In this document: positions 17,703-26,155 of the stretch, in pieces
Layout of the letters: the number at the start of each line of letters is the position of its first letter
Position numbering within the stretch: the stretch's first letter is position 1
Assembly: GCA_035627595.1 (NCBI GenBank)
Contig: DASPLK010000002.1
Span: forward strand, 224,481-288,480
Source of the DNA: Minisyncoccota bacterium
Lineage (GTDB): Bacteria > Patescibacteriota > Minisyncoccia > Phycocordibacterales > Phycocordibacteraceae
Direction: 5' to 3'
Length of the DNA stretch: 64,000 nt
Translations under genes and position numbers: made by a program
The notes under the pieces: generated by a model
The model's input: only the letters and a program-made list of their open reading frames with translations
Told to the model about the DNA's origin: nothing
The model's database searches: none

Positions 17703-19016
17703 TTACAACCCAAGAACGGAACGGACGGTGTTTACCGTATTACGAATCGTATCTGATCCAGAGGAAGAGCTTGTTGAAGAGCTATCGCTGTCGTTTTGGG
17801 AATCCTCATCATCCTGGGAATCCTGTGAAGCATCATCACCGCGAGAATTATCCGATGAACTCTTATCGTTTTTCTTATCCCTATCGCTTTCCTCATCATT
17901 TGCGTCCTCTGCATCTGTACTGGTAGCAGTGTCTCCATCATCGGACTCTGGAATCTTAAGCAGCATCACTGCAGCATCAGCGGGACCGGTAGCTGCTGCA
18001 GACGCCTCCTCTGTAGCGGGCACAGATGCGGAAGAAGACTCGATCGCCCGAGTCGGAATCGGCTGGGGGGCAAGCGCAAGGATGCCCCGGTTACGAGCGA
18101 GTATTGAAGCTTCATGCGTGAAGCGCGCGGCGGCCTGAGTTGCGACGTATGCAATACCACCCTCTCCACGCGCGCTCGATGCACGCGCGCTCTCAAGCGC
18201 TACACGTGCAGCATTGATGCGAGCATCTATACTTCCTCCTGCCGCGCCTTCGACCTTAGTCGTGCGAGCAACCTCTTCCGTCACACGCTCTGCAACCTCT
18301 ATCTGCCTATCTCCGTACGCTAGCGCCCTGCGAGACACCTCGGTTTCTGTCTCCTGACGCTCAGCCGCAACCGTATCGCGCTTCTCTGCGATGCGCGCAA
18401 GTAGCTTTGCCGCTTCAGGTCGCTCTGCATCTGAGGCAATGTATGAAAATAGATCCACATGCGCGGAAAGGCGTGCTTCAAGATCCGAATGCACGGCAAG
18501 CGCGACCGCAACATCACCCTTGGCGCGCACTTCCCCAGCAGCACCACTTGAGCGCTCAGCGTGACGTGCGAACCGCTCTTCAAGGTCTATGCGCGTAACC
18601 TCATCAAGCCTGTCTGTCGTGGCAAGCGTCGCAGCTTCAGTAAGGCGTCTCTCAGCGAGTATCGCGTTCCAGGTAGCGCGTGCCTTCGCGTCATACAAAA
18701 GCGCGCTCTCCAACGGTTCTACAACCTGCGTCTTTACTGCGTAAAGCTTATCGCCAGGGAGGGCGCCATTTGATGCATATGCAACGCCGCCCATGGATAC
18801 AGCAATAAGAAGCGCCGCAAAGCCGCCCTGAAGGAGGCGGAGCGAGAGCGGCTCAAATAGGGAAAGGCGAGAACGCGTCGGGAGGGTATTCGATATCGCA
18901 TGTAAATCGGCGTAGGCGGCGAGGCGCTCGCGAACGACGTCGCGCACGCGCGGCTGCATCTGTATACGCCGCATATAGTCGGAAAGTATTCGAACGAAAT
19001 CCTTGAATGTGTTCAT
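17703..19016 (-). CDS. Putative anti-sigma factor (DUF5667-like), membrane protein with Asp/Ser-rich acidic C-terminal tail
   Basis: Overlaps the ECF sigma stop by 4 nt. Single TM (GGFAALLIAVSMGGVAYA). Low-complexity tail DDGDTATSTDAEDANDEESDRDKKNDKSSSDN. Confidence 0.5.
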   Translation of the reverse strand: MNTFKDFVRILSDYMRRIQMQPRVRDVVRERLAAYADLHAISNTLPTRSRLSLFEPLSLRLLQGGFAALLIAVSMGGVAYASNGALPGDKLYAVKTQVVEPLESALLYDAKARATWNAILAERRLTEAATLATTDRLDEVTRIDLEERFARHAERSSGAAGEVRAKGDVAVALAVHSDLEARLSAHVDLFSYIASDAERPEAAKLLARIAEKRDTVAAERQETETEVSRRALAYGDRQIEVAERVTEEVARTTKVEGAAGGSIDARINAARVALESARASSARGEGGIAYVATQAAARFTHEASILARNRGILALAPQPIPTRAIESSSASVPATEEASAAATGPADAAVMLLKIPESDDGDTATSTDAEDANDEESDRDKKNDKSSSDNSRGDDASQDSQDDEDSQNDSDSSSTSSSSGSDTIRNTVNTVRSVLGL

Positions 19017-19516
19017 ACTGCGTGTATAAGCCCTTGCACCTTCTTTATAGCGCGATTGATGCGCACTGATACTGCGTTTGCTGATTCGCCGGACATCGCC
19101 GCAATCTCCTTAGGCGTGAACCCGTCGACAAACCGGAGGATAAGCGCCTCTCGAGAATCCTCGTCGAGCTGATCGATGACGCGAAGCACTTCATTCATCT
19201 CAGCGCTTCGCTCTATCTTCTTGTGATCATCATTTCCGAAGTCGATACCCTGTTCGGTTAGAACATCTAGCGAGCTCTCCTTCTTCTTACGGTACCAGTC
19301 GATGATTAGGTTACGGGCGAGTGTATAGAGGTAGGCGCGCTCGTTCTTCATCTTCTCCCCTTCACGGATGGTCTGCCAGTACCTCATGAAGACCTCCTGG
19401 GTTAGATCCTGCGCCAGTTCCCGATTCGTAACCTTCACGGAGCAGAAACGGTATATGTCATTAGCATACGTATCATACGTACGCAGGAAGTCCGCCTTCA
19501 GTTCCGTCTGGTCCAT
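19013..19516 (-). CDS. ECF-type sigma-70 family RNA polymerase sigma factor
   Basis: Region 2 DIYRFCSVKVTNRELAQDLTQEVFMRYW. Region 4 HTH EALILRFVDGFTPKEIAAMSGESANAVSVRINRAIKK. Start trimmed to MDQTELK (167 aa). Confidence 0.8.
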   Translation of the reverse strand: MDQTELKADFLRTYDTYANDIYRFCSVKVTNRELAQDLTQEVFMRYWQTIREGEKMKNERAYLYTLARNLIIDWYRKKKESSLDVLTEQGIDFGNDDHKKIERSAEMNEVLRVIDQLDEDSREALILRFVDGFTPKEIAAMSGESANAVSVRINRAIKKVQGLIHAV

Positions 19517-19684
19517 AGTTATGACGAGTGCACCCCTACCGCTCTTACCAGCGAAAACCGGCGCATGTTCAACTATAGCAAACGCTGTGAGCGATGGGTC
19601 AGGAAGGGTGCCGCCCGAAGAGCTCGTGTTTTGACGAGCTCTTGTATGCACCTCCGGCGTATGTGCGTCGGCGCGCTGCATTGG

Positions 19685-20431
19685 CTAGTTCGGCACTACG
19701 TCCACAGCAGCTGAAGTATCTCCTGTCACAGCTGAATTGATGCCGGTCTCATCAGACTGAAGCTCAGCGGAGTTGGTGGTGTCTGCAGAGACATCTACTG
19801 ATCCGGCAAGTGCAGATGCGATCTCGGCAAGTACCAGTGCCTGGGTTCGCGTATTCATGGAACCCGCTGATTCTCCGAGTGCAGTGCGTACGCGGGACTC
19901 GATGGAAGTTGCCGTATCGGCTGAAAGGCCTGATGCGAGGAAGCTGTACCAAGGACGAGAAATCTCTACCCTGCCATCACCAGAGACTACGACACGGGAC
20001 GTAACCTGGTGCGGGATAAAGCCGAAGAGCTTGGCGTCCTCTTTGAAGCGGAAGGAGAGTCGGTCAGACGCAACATCGACTCCCTCGAATGAATCGTTCG
20101 TTCGAAGCGTCGTCGCTGCAAATACCTCGAGATCGCTCTCCGTGTTTACGCTATCGGCACTCATCGGCGTACCCGAGGAGTTCGTTACGGATGCATCGGT
20201 ACGAGTAAGAGTGAATCCCGTGGCAGTGTTTGTTGCCGCATCGGTTTCAGTGTCGTCTGTGCTTACCTCCGCATCCGCTTCGACCTCCGCGTCAGCATCG
20301 ACTGATGTCGTGTCGCCTGTGTTTGCATCAACTCCGCCGCCTACAGATATGTCGATGTTTTGTGCGTAAGCAGGCAACGCGCCAAGCGCAAGCGTGAGCA
20401 GGAGGGCGCTAATAGTTTTAACTGCAGTCAT
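19685..20431 (-). CDS. Secreted hypothetical protein (Asp/Thr/Ser-rich), first gene of the sigma/anti-sigma operon
   Basis: Signal peptide MTAVKTISALLLTLALGALPAYAQN. Low-complexity acidic region. Confidence 0.5.
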   Translation of the reverse strand: MTAVKTISALLLTLALGALPAYAQNIDISVGGGVDANTGDTTSVDADAEVEADAEVSTDDTETDAATNTATGFTLTRTDASVTNSSGTPMSADSVNTESDLEVFAATTLRTNDSFEGVDVASDRLSFRFKEDAKLFGFIPHQVTSRVVVSGDGRVEISRPWYSFLASGLSADTATSIESRVRTALGESAGSMNTRTQALVLAEIASALAGSVDVSADTTNSAELQSDETGINSAVTGDTSAAVDVVPN

Positions 20432-20756
20432 AGGAAGGTCTGTTAGGGAAAGGCTTCTAGGTAAGTGCGCACGAAGCGCCCCGCATACGCGGAGCACTCC
20501 GGTACTGCCTATTAGGCAGCGTTTGCGATAGCAAAGGCGCCGAGGATACTGGCGATGACCAGTGCCGGTACCGCTATCATCAGATCGTGTTTGAGGCTAT
20601 CAAGCATAGTAGTGATGATTACTCGTTGCTAAATCGCACCGACCACTGCTGTCATATATGACGTGTTCACATGTGCTTCGTTACCGCGTGTAGGTCTCGC
20701 ACGTACACGTAGTAAGCACTAATGTGGATGATGATTTCGTGAGGTAGGATAAAGGA

Positions 20757-21026
20757 ATGGAACATCTTTCGGAACTTGAACTCAGACATCGGCTCAGCGA
20801 GGCCGAGGCGCTTGTCGAAAAAGGTGCGCGCTATGCGCACTACAAACACCCAGAGCAGTCGTACTCTGTCATTGGCTTTGCGATCCGTGAGGACTCCCAG
20901 GACGTCTGTGTTATCTACGAAGCCGAGTATGGCGAAACGATTCCGTTCATACGGACGCTTGCAAGTTTTGTGGAGAGCGTTGAGGTAGACGGAGTAAGCG
21001 TTCCTCGCTTCTCGCGCCTCCCCTAG
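20757..21026 (+). CDS. DUF1653 domain protein
   Basis: RYAHYKHPEQSYSVIGFAIREDSQDVCVIYEAEYGETIPFIRTLASFVESVEVDGVSVPRF matches the DUF1653 pattern (YxHYK...YxV...VxY...RP...F...V). RBS AGGATAAAGGA. Confidence 0.65.
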   Translation: MEHLSELELRHRLSEAEALVEKGARYAHYKHPEQSYSVIGFAIREDSQDVCVIYEAEYGETIPFIRTLASFVESVEVDGVSVPRFSRLP

Positions 21027-22474
21027 TCAAGTACGTACGCTATATCGGCCTCAGCACCTTCAAGTCGCGCGATAAGCTCATCATGCTCGCGTGCAGTGAG
21101 TACACGCACACTCTTTCCATTTCTCGAGTCTAAAAGATACCGCGCAAGTATCTTGTAGGTATCATAGTCGAATGCTTGGCTTGGCTCTACCAGCGGACTG
21201 TAGTCTTCGCCATCATATCGGTAGCATCCAGCAAGTATCCAATTGTCTATAAGGAAGACTGTGCCGGCACTTTCCGATTCTGCCTCGGTTATTAGGACAG
21301 GGCCTCGGTACGGCCAGGTACGCAGCTTGCGCGCCTTAAACGCCTCCTCTATGCGTGCGTTATGCACTTGGGCTGATGCTTTCCCAAGACATGCGCCGTC
21401 GCACTGTCCGAGCTGGCGCGCGAAGCATGCTGTCTTGGCTTCTTCAATGCCAAGAAGTTTGTGGCAGATGCCATACTCCTTCGCAAGAACGCGAAGCTTG
21501 GCCTTGCCCTGTGTCGTCGTGCGAAATACAGCAAGGACATCCTCGCCCGGGCTCTCCGCATCCGCACGTTCAAGCGCCACGTGCGCATATCCGTCCTCAA
21601 GCCTTTTCCTTGCGATAACAAGTGTCTTTCGCTTCCTCAGCGCTCGGTTATACAAAGGCTGCTGCTTCTTAATGAGCGATGCTTCCAAAATGAGGGCGGA
21701 GAGTTCTCCCGAGGTACGCACAGCGCTTACAGACCGCGCATCATCCGTGATCCTCTTCCCTTGCATGTCGGTGCGCGCAAAATGAGAGCGGGCGCGGCTT
21801 CTCACATGTTTAGACTTCCCTACATACAGAAGCTCCTCATCTGGACCATAAAAGAGATACACGCCTGCGGAATCAGGAAGCGTAGAAAGTGTTTCCTTAG
21901 CCGGAAAACGGGTTGCGCGCCCCGTACGCACGCGATGTACCGCATCAGCAAGCCGGGCTTCAGGCGTATGCATGGCAGCATCCTGCATGAAGTCCCATAC
22001 CGCCTCAGCGTCTGGGAGCGCGCGGTGCCTTATCGGGGCGGTAAGTCCATGTCGTGCAATGACCGCATCAAGACTGTGCCCTCGCGCGTCTGGATACAGT
22101 GCTCGAGATAGCGCGACCGTGCACAAGCGCTCAGGCGCAAATGGCATGTCCAAGCGCTTGAACTCGTGCTGCATGAAGTTGAAATCGAACGCGGCGTTAT
22201 GCGCGACGAAGACTGCATCTTTAAGGAGCTCCTCGACTTGGAGCGCGACGTCCTCGAATTGCGGTGCTCGGGCGACATCCTCCTCGCGTATGGTTGTAAA
22301 GCTCTGTATAGAAGGTGGGATACGCGTACCGGGATTAAGGAGTGTAGAGAATCTCTCCACGACTCTACCGTGCTCGACGCGGATGATACCTATGTCCATG
22401 ACACGGGAATACGGCGGACGCATTCCGGTTGTCTCAGTGTCGATGATGGAAAAAACTTCTGGGTACGCCTTCAT
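21023..22474 (-). CDS. DnaQ-like 3'-5' exonuclease fused to GIY-YIG (UvrC/Cho-like) nuclease domain
   Basis: Exo I FSIIDTETTGM. Exo II/III region VFVAHNAAFDFNFM...H. GIY-YIG GVYLFYGPDEELLYVGKSKHVRSRARSHF. 20 nt downstream of the Y-family polymerase gene. Confidence 0.75.
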   Translation of the reverse strand: MKAYPEVFSIIDTETTGMRPPYSRVMDIGIIRVEHGRVVERFSTLLNPGTRIPPSIQSFTTIREEDVARAPQFEDVALQVEELLKDAVFVAHNAAFDFNFMQHEFKRLDMPFAPERLCTVALSRALYPDARGHSLDAVIARHGLTAPIRHRALPDAEAVWDFMQDAAMHTPEARLADAVHRVRTGRATRFPAKETLSTLPDSAGVYLFYGPDEELLYVGKSKHVRSRARSHFARTDMQGKRITDDARSVSAVRTSGELSALILEASLIKKQQPLYNRALRKRKTLVIARKRLEDGYAHVALERADAESPGEDVLAVFRTTTQGKAKLRVLAKEYGICHKLLGIEEAKTACFARQLGQCDGACLGKASAQVHNARIEEAFKARKLRTWPYRGPVLITEAESESAGTVFLIDNWILAGCYRYDGEDYSPLVEPSQAFDYDTYKILARYLLDSRNGKSVRVLTAREHDELIARLEGAEADIAYVLD

Positions 22475-22494
22475 ACAAGAACAAGGGACGCGAA

Positions 22495-23781
22495 TTATCG
22501 CACTTTTCCCAAAAACGGGATATCGATCGTCTTCTTGCGTGCCTCTATCGGCATGCGCGCGTGGCGGGTGCCGCGGCTCTTGAGGGAATCTTCTCGCGCT
22601 TGCACGGCAGTGAGGCTTGAGGCGAGAAACACCGTATGCCGTCCGTAGCGACGGTTCAGTCGGTCGATGGCCTCAAGCTTCTTTTCAGACTTGGTATTCG
22701 CCGCTTCTTGCGTACCGAAGAGATCGCGAGTCATTCCTTCCTCTATGACAAGAGAGCGGAGCGTGATGCCACTTGCCCGATAGAGCACCATTGGGTCGTA
22801 TACCTCATCAAATTCAGCGGCGATAAGCCGCAGCAGTTCCGCCGGATCATCGAGCGCGACCGGAAGCGTAAGCTGGCGGCCGTAGTACGTAAACTCCTGA
22901 GTCTTGAGGTAAAACGAAAGTGCCTTGGCTCGCACATGATGCCTCCTGGCTTTTACACAGGCAGCTTCCACGTTCTTCGAGAGCTCCGCATATATGACCT
23001 CCCGTTCGCGGGTTGGTCGGAACGTGTGCGTCTTCATAATAGAGCCGATACGATGGTTTGAAGTATTCGAGAGCGGCTTCACGAAGTGTCCGTTCAGTTC
23101 TGCCCAGATCTCCCGAAGTGGCTTCTCAAAGCGATTCTCGGAAAGCCATGCGTCGGTTTGCTGCGCATACTCAAGGGCGCCCGTTATCCCGAGGCGCTCA
23201 AGCCGAAGACTCGATGTGCCTCCAAGTCCCCATATACTGCCGGCACGCAGCGTCCCGAGGTAGTCCGCTATCTGTTCTCTTGGAATTGCGGTGAGCCCGG
23301 CAGGCTTTCTATACTTCGAAGCAACTTTTGCCAAAGTTTTATTGGGAGCAAGTCCGACTCCGAATGTGACGCCGAGCTCTTCTTCAAGCCGTGCCTTGAT
23401 GAGAAGTGCGATGCGCTCGTACGACATGCCGAAGCGGGCATCGAGTCCCGTTATCTCCGCAAAGCATTCGTCGATACTGTATTCCTCGACGATAGGTGTG
23501 AATGAGCGGACGATGGAATACATTCTGCGTGCATAGATAGAGTACGCCGTGTAGTTGCCCGGCACGATGACGGCTTCCGGACAGGTGAGCTTGATTTCTC
23601 TCATGTTCATGCCGCGCGAGACGCCTCGAGCCTTGGCCTCGTATGAGATAGAAGTCGCTGCTCCACGTTCTGCACCGGTTACCACCGGCTTCCCTTTAAG
23701 CGTATGGTTAAGAACCTGCTCTATGGACGCGAAGAACGCATCGCCGTCGAAGTGGAGTATGGCGCGTGGATATGGGTTCAT
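22495..23781 (-). CDS. Y-family DNA polymerase (UmuC/DinB-like, catalytic residues intact)
   Basis: ILHFDGDAFFASIE (Asp pair) and YSIDECFAEITG (Asp-Glu). KGKPVVTGAERGAATSISYEAKARGVSRGM. 428 aa. Start overlaps the lexA stop (ATGA). Confidence 0.85.
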   Translation of the reverse strand: MNPYPRAILHFDGDAFFASIEQVLNHTLKGKPVVTGAERGAATSISYEAKARGVSRGMNMREIKLTCPEAVIVPGNYTAYSIYARRMYSIVRSFTPIVEEYSIDECFAEITGLDARFGMSYERIALLIKARLEEELGVTFGVGLAPNKTLAKVASKYRKPAGLTAIPREQIADYLGTLRAGSIWGLGGTSSLRLERLGITGALEYAQQTDAWLSENRFEKPLREIWAELNGHFVKPLSNTSNHRIGSIMKTHTFRPTREREVIYAELSKNVEAACVKARRHHVRAKALSFYLKTQEFTYYGRQLTLPVALDDPAELLRLIAAEFDEVYDPMVLYRASGITLRSLVIEEGMTRDLFGTQEAANTKSEKKLEAIDRLNRRYGRHTVFLASSLTAVQAREDSLKSRGTRHARMPIEARKKTIDIPFLGKVR

Positions 23782-24344
23782 ACATACTTGCGAAAAGTTG
23801 CGGTCACGACCCCAATAATCTCTCCTTCCTTTGGGTAGATGTCCGGGTACTTCTCATTCGCTGCCTCAAGATAATAGGTGGCACCTCTTTTCCTTAAGTA
23901 CTTGAGCGTATATCCATCCTCGGTCAGAGCGACCACGATCTGACCTGGCTTGTGATCGTGAGTTCGCTCGAAGACGACCATGTCGCCATTGTGTATGCCG
24001 GCGTCCTCCATGGAATCACCCTCTACCTCGAGCAGGTAGCTCGCTTCGGGGCGCCGTATAAGGTATTCACCTATCGAAATGGTATCTGCGAGCTCTTCTT
24101 CTGCGGGGGCCGCGAAGCCTGCGCGAATGTGTCCGACGAGTGGTAGCTCGTGGAGGGCGGCGGCAGGCACGAGTCGACCGGTCCGATCCTTATCAGCTAC
24201 ACCCGCGGCAATTAGCTTTTGGACCACGTAGTGCGCAGAGCTTCTCGAAGAGAGCCCGCAGAGCTCCATGACCTCAGTGATAGAGGGCATGCGCTTATTC
24301 GCGCGGTAGAACTTCAGGATGCTGCTCTTGTACGCCTCGTTCAT
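23778..24344 (-). CDS. lexA: LexA-type repressor (HTH + S24 peptidase)
   Basis: N-terminal wHTH. C-terminal S24 domain LEVEGDSMEDAGIHNGDMVVFERT...GQIVVAL...TLKYLRK (Ser/Lys dyad context). Perfect GAAC-N4-GTTC box 17 nt upstream. Confidence 0.8.
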   Translation of the reverse strand: MNEAYKSSILKFYRANKRMPSITEVMELCGLSSRSSAHYVVQKLIAAGVADKDRTGRLVPAAALHELPLVGHIRAGFAAPAEEELADTISIGEYLIRRPEASYLLEVEGDSMEDAGIHNGDMVVFERTHDHKPGQIVVALTEDGYTLKYLRKRGATYYLEAANEKYPDIYPKEGEIIGVVTATFRKYV

Positions 24345-24360
24345 CAGGTATAAGTATATT

Positions 24361-24374
24361 CGAACAATTGTTCG
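24361..24374. promoter_or_regulatory. LexA operator (Gram-positive/Cheo-type SOS box) CGAACAATTGTTCG
   Basis: Perfect palindrome GAAC-AATT-GTTC, seen directly. Lies in the divergent intergenic region between lexA (ATG at 24342-24344) and the GFA-family gene (ATG 24428). Confidence 0.6.
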
Positions 24375-24427
24375 ATGGTCAACAGTGTCTTCCCCAGGTC
24401 CCGCATCGCCTGCTACTATACGTATCC

Positions 24428-24778
24428 ATGACGACCTATACCGGCGGATGCCATTGCGGGAAAGTGCGCTACGAAGTTGATGCGGAAATCTCCTCCGTTA
24501 TCAGCTGTAACTGTTCGCACTGCAGCATGAAGGGACTGCTGCTCACCTTCGTTCCTATCGACTCGTTCCGCCTCCTTTCAGGCGAGGATAGCCTCACAGA
24601 GTACCGTTTCAACAAGAAGGTTATTGAGCATGTTTTCTGCAAGGAGTGTGGTGTACAGCCCTTCGCATACGGCGTAGACAAGGACGGTAACCGTATGGCG
24701 ACCATAAACATCCGCTGTCTCGATGGCGTTAATATCGAAGAGATTCCGGCGACCGTTTTCGATGGGCGTTCCTACTGA
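24428..24778 (+). CDS. GFA/CENP-V family protein (glutathione-dependent formaldehyde-activating enzyme-like, Zn-binding Cys motifs)
   Basis: GGCHCGKVRYEV...CNCSHCSMKG...HVFCKECG is the GFA Cys pattern. Start at ATG 24428. The track ORF starts at an upstream TTG. Confidence 0.75.
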   Translation: MTTYTGGCHCGKVRYEVDAEISSVISCNCSHCSMKGLLLTFVPIDSFRLLSGEDSLTEYRFNKKVIEHVFCKECGVQPFAYGVDKDGNRMATINIRCLDGVNIEEIPATVFDGRSY

Positions 24779-24820
24779 CATTCATCCCCTCTTTATCCGT
24801 CTACCTCTAAGTACCTACCT

Positions 24821-25189
24821 ATGACCCAAGCAAACAAGACCCGAATCATCGTCATCGCGCTCGTCATCGCCGTACTGGCGGTGTTCGCTTACGCTATTTA
24901 TTACAATTCAACCAAGGAAGTAGCGGCGCCAAGCCCGCACGAGGAGATCAATCAGCGGGCAGACGCAATTGAAAACTATGTTCGTGCGCGCCTTGCAGAG
25001 CTTTCACCGGTTGCGCCTACCATGGGCGGCACGTTCTACGTTACCCGCATTCGTCTTCTGGACGGTGAAGGTACCGTCAACTACGAGGATGGCCACATGG
25101 CATACGTCGCTGACTTCACGTACACCATCACTGAGGACAATCGTAACGTAGAGGTAACTTCGTTCACGCTACGCGAAGACGCTCGGTAG
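24821..25189 (+). CDS. Hypothetical membrane-anchored protein (122 aa)
   Basis: N-terminal TM (IIVIALVIAVLAVFAYAIYY). No recognised domain. Confidence 0.45.
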   Translation: MTQANKTRIIVIALVIAVLAVFAYAIYYNSTKEVAAPSPHEEINQRADAIENYVRARLAELSPVAPTMGGTFYVTRIRLLDGEGTVNYEDGHMAYVADFTYTITEDNRNVEVTSFTLREDAR

Positions 25190-25223
25190 CGTATACTTAG
25201 CCGCAATGGATAGCGGCTTTCCC

Positions 25224-25916
25224 ATGCGCATAAACAAGTACCTGTCTCAAAAGGGCTACGCAACTAGGCGTGGTGCGGATGAGCTTGTTCAAAAGGGCCA
25301 GGTATTCATAAACGGCCGCAAGGCAGTACTTGGCGACAAGGTGGAGGAGTCTGATGAGGTTACCGTAAAGACACGCGGGAAGAAGCATTATCGGTACTAC
25401 GCGTTTAATAAGCCCAAGGGCATCGTCACGCACTCCGCTCAGGGAGACGACCAGGATATTGAGGACGCTATAAAGCGCACACCCGAACTCAGAGGTGTGT
25501 ACCCCATTGGTCGCCTTGATAAGGAGTCCTACGGGCTAGTTATTCTTACCGATGATGGGCGCGTTACCGATCGCCTACTTAATCCAGAGCACTCACACGA
25601 GAAGGAGTACACCGTGAAGGTTTCAAACCGTTTGCGTTCTAACTTCAAGGAGCGCATGGAAGCGGGCGTCGATATCGAGGGCTACATGACCAAGCCCGCC
25701 AGAGTCCGTATCAATGGCGAAACATCATTCACGATCACCCTTACCGAGGGAAAGAAGCACCAGATCCGCCGCATGGTAGCGGCCATGTTCAACGAGGTGC
25801 GCGAACTAAAGCGTACGCGCGTTATGAACATACGGCTTGGCAAGCTCCCATCCGGGAGCTATCGCGCCATAGAAGGCGAAGAGCTTGCTGAGTTCCTTAG
25901 CTCGATCGGGTTGTAA
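25224..25916 (+). CDS. Pseudouridine synthase, RsuA/RluB family (S4 domain + catalytic domain)
   Basis: S4: MRINKYLSQKGYATRRGADELVQKGQVFINGR. Catalytic YPIGRLDKESYGLVILTDDGRVTDRL (Asp in RLDKES). Start at the second ATG. Confidence 0.8.
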   Translation: MRINKYLSQKGYATRRGADELVQKGQVFINGRKAVLGDKVEESDEVTVKTRGKKHYRYYAFNKPKGIVTHSAQGDDQDIEDAIKRTPELRGVYPIGRLDKESYGLVILTDDGRVTDRLLNPEHSHEKEYTVKVSNRLRSNFKERMEAGVDIEGYMTKPARVRINGETSFTITLTEGKKHQIRRMVAAMFNEVRELKRTRVMNIRLGKLPSGSYRAIEGEELAEFLSSIGL

Positions 25917-26154
25917 TCAAGGCAAGCTTCTCCTTTCGCGAGAGCCGCTTCAGCGCCATTTCCCGTATGAGCGCAGAGCTCTGGGACGGATGGAGCTCCA
26001 TATACTGCAGCGTCACGGGACGCCTGCTTTTGGTATAGCGAGCCCCTTTGGGTGATTCGTTATGTTCCTTGATTCGGCGCTCTACATCTGCGGTGGCGCC
26101 AATGTAGAGAGTCTGGTCCGCGCACTGAGCGATGTACACGTACCACTGACCCAT
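25897..26154 (-). CDS. Small GIY-YIG nuclease superfamily protein (UPF0213-like)
   Basis: WYVYIAQCADQTLYIGATADVERRIKEHN is the GIY-YIG core. 85 aa. Confidence 0.65.
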   Translation of the reverse strand: MGQWYVYIAQCADQTLYIGATADVERRIKEHNESPKGARYTKSRRPVTLQYMELHPSQSSALIREMALKRLSRKEKLALITTRSS

Positions 26155-26155
26155 G

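Noticed and set aside
17527-18138. 203-aa plus-strand ORF
   Set aside because: It is antisense to the anti-sigma gene in a Ser/Asp-rich low-complexity region. No RBS.
20521-20616. 31-aa hydrophobic minus-strand ORF MLDSLKHDLMIAVPALVIASILGAFAIANAA in the 325-nt spacer near the SOS-regulated operon (TisB-like type I toxin idea)
   Set aside because: No Shine-Dalgarno sequence, no LexA box nearby, and the sequence is not similar to known type I toxins. It is kept only as a note.
21243-22583. Several 180-216-aa plus-strand ORFs
   Set aside because: They are antisense to the exonuclease/GIY-YIG and Y-family polymerase genes, which have clear catalytic motifs.
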